From NCBI GenBank assembly GCA_050633305.1, contig JBOEGF010000043.1, positions 192,001-256,000 on the forward strand: a stretch of DNA of 64,000 bases. The letters are read 5' to 3'. This document shows positions 61,305-64,000 of this stretch, one piece after another; position 1 is the stretch's first letter; every line of letters starts with the position of its first letter. A model generated the notes under the pieces. It worked only from the letters and a program-made list of their open reading frames with translations, was not told the DNA's origin and searched no databases. This DNA is from Nannocystales bacterium. Lineage in GTDB: Bacteria > Myxococcota_A > Polyangia > Nannocystales > Nannocystaceae. The position numbers and the translations under genes are program-made.

Positions 61305-62108
61305 ATGGCTCGGCTCACTCGCTTGTCTTTCCTTCTCGTCCTGCCCGCACTCGCGTTGGGCTGTCCCCTCGACAACGAGGAAGACACGGACACCGTCGCG
61401 GAGACCTCCGACGACGACACTGCGTCCAGCACTGGGGAGAACACCACGGCCGGAACCGAGGGGCCGGCGACCGGCGATCCCACCGGCGATCCCACCGGCA
61501 ACACGGAAGGTCCGACGACCGACCCCTCCGGAACCGACGGCAGTGGGGAGAACACGGACGAGCTGTGCTCAGACGGCGTCGACAACGACGGCAACGGCTT
61601 CACCGACTGTGATGACTTCGAGTGCTCGGCGGACAACGGTGTCAGCGTGTGCTCGGCCGGCGGTGGCGAGAACACCGACGAACTCTGCGCGGACGGCATG
61701 GACAACGACGACGACGGGTTTGTCGACTGCGAAGACTTCGACTGCACCAACCTCGACAGTGGCGTCACGGTTTGTCTCGACCTCTGCCCCGAGCAGGGCC
61801 CCGAGGACAACAAAGCAGCGTGTAGCGACGGTTGTGACAACGACGCCGATGGCTTTGCCGACTGCGACGACTTCGACTGCTCTGGGATCGGCGAGTGCGG
61901 CGAGACCACCGATGAGGAATGCGCCGACGGGAAGGACAACGACGGCAACGGCTTCACCGATTGCCTAGACTTCGGTTGTGCCACCGCCCCCAACTGCGAG
62001 ACGGGCGATGAGGTGTGCAGCGACAAGATGGACAACGATGGCGACGGCTTCATCGACTGCGAAGACTTCGGCTGCCAGGGACCTGACGTCACCGTCTGCC
62101 CCAAGTAG
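61305..62108 (+). CDS. Lipoprotein with five Cys/Asp-rich CxDxxDNDxxGFxDCxDFxC repeats (putative metal/Ca-binding)
   Basis: ALGC lipobox, Thr/Gly/Asp linker, five copies of the motif. Confidence 0.85.
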   Translation: MARLTRLSFLLVLPALALGCPLDNEEDTDTVAETSDDDTASSTGENTTAGTEGPATGDPTGDPTGNTEGPTTDPSGTDGSGENTDELCSDGVDNDGNGFTDCDDFECSADNGVSVCSAGGGENTDELCADGMDNDDDGFVDCEDFDCTNLDSGVTVCLDLCPEQGPEDNKAACSDGCDNDADGFADCDDFDCSGIGECGETTDEECADGKDNDGNGFTDCLDFGCATAPNCETGDEVCSDKMDNDGDGFIDCEDFGCQGPDVTVCPK

Positions 62109-62201
62109 GCTCTCGTGAGGCTCGCGGGCGGCGTGCCCGAGGCGACCCCAAGGTCGTCTCGTGCCCCGTCCGCGTTTTCTTTGGTTGACGGCTTGTCGCC
62201 G

Positions 62202-62981
62202 CTAGGACAGACGGTCGAGGGCGGCTCGTGCTGCGTCGAACTCGTCCTGCGCCGCAGCCACACGGGCCTGGGTCCTGACCCGTGTCGCAGTGGCTTCGGC
62301 CACACTGCGCTGCGCTCGCGCCAACGCTCCCTGAGCGTCTTCAACGGCCAGCTCGGCGGCCTTGAGCACGCAGCGGGCGTCGCTGAGCTCGGCTTCCGCC
62401 CGATCTCGGGCACGCTCCGCGGATGCGCGCCGTGTTGCGTGAGCGGTCCGAAGGGCCGAGGCCGGCGCCGCAAATTGCTGGACCTGACCGAAGCCGGGCG
62501 GGGCAAGGTCGCCGTGCAGGCGCCCGAGGGTCGCGGCGGGTCCAAAGCTTCCGCCGGCCGCGCTCGCTTCGAGGCTTTGTGTGATCCGGCGCATCATCGA
62601 GATCGAGGTTGCGTGGCCCGCTTCGACGAGCACCTGCTCGGCCGTGTTCCGAAGCGCGAGGATGGCAGCCCGCCGGGCGTCGTTGGCCGGCTGACCCGCG
62701 ACCGACACGGCCTGCCGCTGGAGGGCCGCGAGTTCGGCTCCTGCCGCGTGAAGCGCGTCGTAGGCCTCGCGATGACTCCACCACAGCTGGTTGACCACCC
62801 ACGCCGATACGCTCGGTTTCGAGAGCGCACGAACGGACTCCGAGAGCGCGCGCTTCCCTGCTTCGAGGAGCCGGCGGGCCAACGCGTTCCTGCCCTTGAT
62901 GAAGTCCTCGCGGGGTCCGCGGTAGAGGTCGTCGATGGCGGCGTTGGTGGCGTCGTCGTGGGGAGGTGGATCGGAAGTCAC
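62202..62981 (-). CDS. Conserved hypothetical helical/coiled-coil protein
   Basis: IDDLY.GP.EDFI..RN.LA...KPSVSAWVVN motif; GTG start with AGGAG upstream (ATG 63011 is an alternative). Confidence 0.65.
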   Translation of the reverse strand: MTSDPPPHDDATNAAIDDLYRGPREDFIKGRNALARRLLEAGKRALSESVRALSKPSVSAWVVNQLWWSHREAYDALHAAGAELAALQRQAVSVAGQPANDARRAAILALRNTAEQVLVEAGHATSISMMRRITQSLEASAAGGSFGPAATLGRLHGDLAPPGFGQVQQFAAPASALRTAHATRRASAERARDRAEAELSDARCVLKAAELAVEDAQGALARAQRSVAEATATRVRTQARVAAAQDEFDAARAALDRLS

Positions 62982-63082
62982 GTACTCCTGCCGCAGTTGG
63001 GACTCCAGCATACGCCGCGCGGGCTGCTATGGTCCGCGGGTCGTGAAAGCATCGGCCGCACGGGCCGTTGAACTCCAAGACC

Positions 63083-63625
63083 ATGCGCACGCCGCCTCCC
63101 GCTCAACCGCCTCTGTGGCGTTCGCTGTTACTCGGTGCCGCCGCAGCGGTCAGCGTCGGCGTCATCTTGGTTTGGCTGATGCAGGACCCGCCGGCGCCCG
63201 ATGCCGTCCCCGAGGGCATGGTGGCCGACGAGGACGGCAGCCTTGTGGATCGCAAGGTCCGCTTCGAGGCCGACCGGGACTCCCGACGCCGAGCGGCCCT
63301 TCCCAGAACCGGCGCCTCGCTGATCCTCAAGACCTTCGAAGGCGCGGGGCCCGGAGTCGTTCCCGTCTCCGACTTGCAGAATGCTCGGGAAGGGTTCGAA
63401 GCCGTGATCGCGGAGATCGAGCTCAAGGCGGAGCGCCCCCGGGCCCTCAAGCAGCGGGAGTGGCGCGAGTACTACCGTGCGGCCAACGATGCCTTCGCTG
63501 CGCTGTCGACCCAACTCGATGGCAAGAACCCGAAGCAGGCCAAGGAGCTTGAAGAGGCGCACACCAAGTTGGTGACCGCCCTGTCGATCGTCCGGGTTCG
63601 GGGCGGCAAGTTCCGGATTCACTAG
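63083..63625 (+). CDS. Hypothetical protein with N-terminal membrane anchor
   Basis: TM LLLGAAAAVSVGVILVWL followed by a helical domain; typical codon usage. Confidence 0.65.
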   Translation: MRTPPPAQPPLWRSLLLGAAAAVSVGVILVWLMQDPPAPDAVPEGMVADEDGSLVDRKVRFEADRDSRRRAALPRTGASLILKTFEGAGPGVVPVSDLQNAREGFEAVIAEIELKAERPRALKQREWREYYRAANDAFAALSTQLDGKNPKQAKELEEAHTKLVTALSIVRVRGGKFRIH

Positions 63626-63787
63626 GGGCCGTCCCCAATTCGGTGGAATGGTCAGAGGGGTGTCAGCAGAGTCCAGGCCAAGGCACGAAGAGGGCGTTTG
63701 TCGGGCACAAGCAACCGATGAGGAACGACGGCATGGGCTCTGGGGGCGCCGCTATGGCCGTTTCATCGAATTGGGGACGGCCCCTAG
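63622..63787. mobile_element. MITE-like element with terminal inverted repeats and flanking CTAG
   Basis: CTAGGGGCCGTCCCCAATTCG (63622-63642) is the exact reverse complement of 63767-63787; pairing extends inward; no ORF of transposase size. Confidence 0.75.
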
Positions 63788-64000
63788 GCCATTCTCCGCT
63801 CGGGCCCGATGAGCCCGGGGTATGTTCGCTGCGTGCGTCGTCGCGACACGATCGTGGGGCTGGGTGCAGCGTTGCTGGTGCCCGGGTGCGCCTCGAACTC
63901 GAACAACGATAAGGATGAGTTCGCGGGGATAGGCCAGGTCGGGAACTCTTCCGAGCCGCCGCCCGGTGTGTTTCGGCCCCTTGTCGAAGGGGACCTCGCC

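Noticed and set aside
63643..63912. 89-aa ORF
   Set aside because: Starts inside the MITE; no motifs or RBS.

Overview
A GC-rich, gene-dense chromosomal window, most likely from a myxobacterium (Myxococcota). This is inferred from the split F1/b-b' ATP synthase operon, the FrgA-like protein, the TonB-fused receptor and the many Cys/Asp-rich lipoproteins. It is mostly housekeeping. It holds an accC-like fragment, pyrG, rpoN and a regulatory PTS cluster (hprK-rapZ-EIIA-HPr-EI). It also holds pdxB/serA, rsmD-aspC, yacG, ffh, prmA-rsmE, atpF'FHAGDC, bactofilin, a POT transporter, an ArsA/Get3-like ATPase pair and a TonB-dependent receptor. Most notable observations: (1) a bacterial histone-fold protein with an N-terminal Cys/His zinc finger (55199-55726); (2) the kdsA-kdsD-lptCAB block is missing between pyrG and rpoN, and hpf/ptsN are missing after rpoN, where an inverted-repeat-flanked 30-bp tandem array sits instead; (3) a lipoprotein endonuclease I with both metal ligands substituted (E to D, N to Q); (4) recurrent -10 boxes 6-9 nt upstream of start codons, suggesting leaderless mRNAs; (5) three sigma-54 -24/-12 elements, one overlapping the probable rpoN promoter; (6) a CTAG-flanked MITE; (7) a peptidase/beta-propeller/Omp85 fusion next to a vitamin-K-carboxylase-like HTTM protein. 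I saw no tRNA, rRNA, CRISPR array, transposase or prophage. All calls are by eye from motifs, with no database searches run. Several start codons were re-chosen relative to the ORF track.
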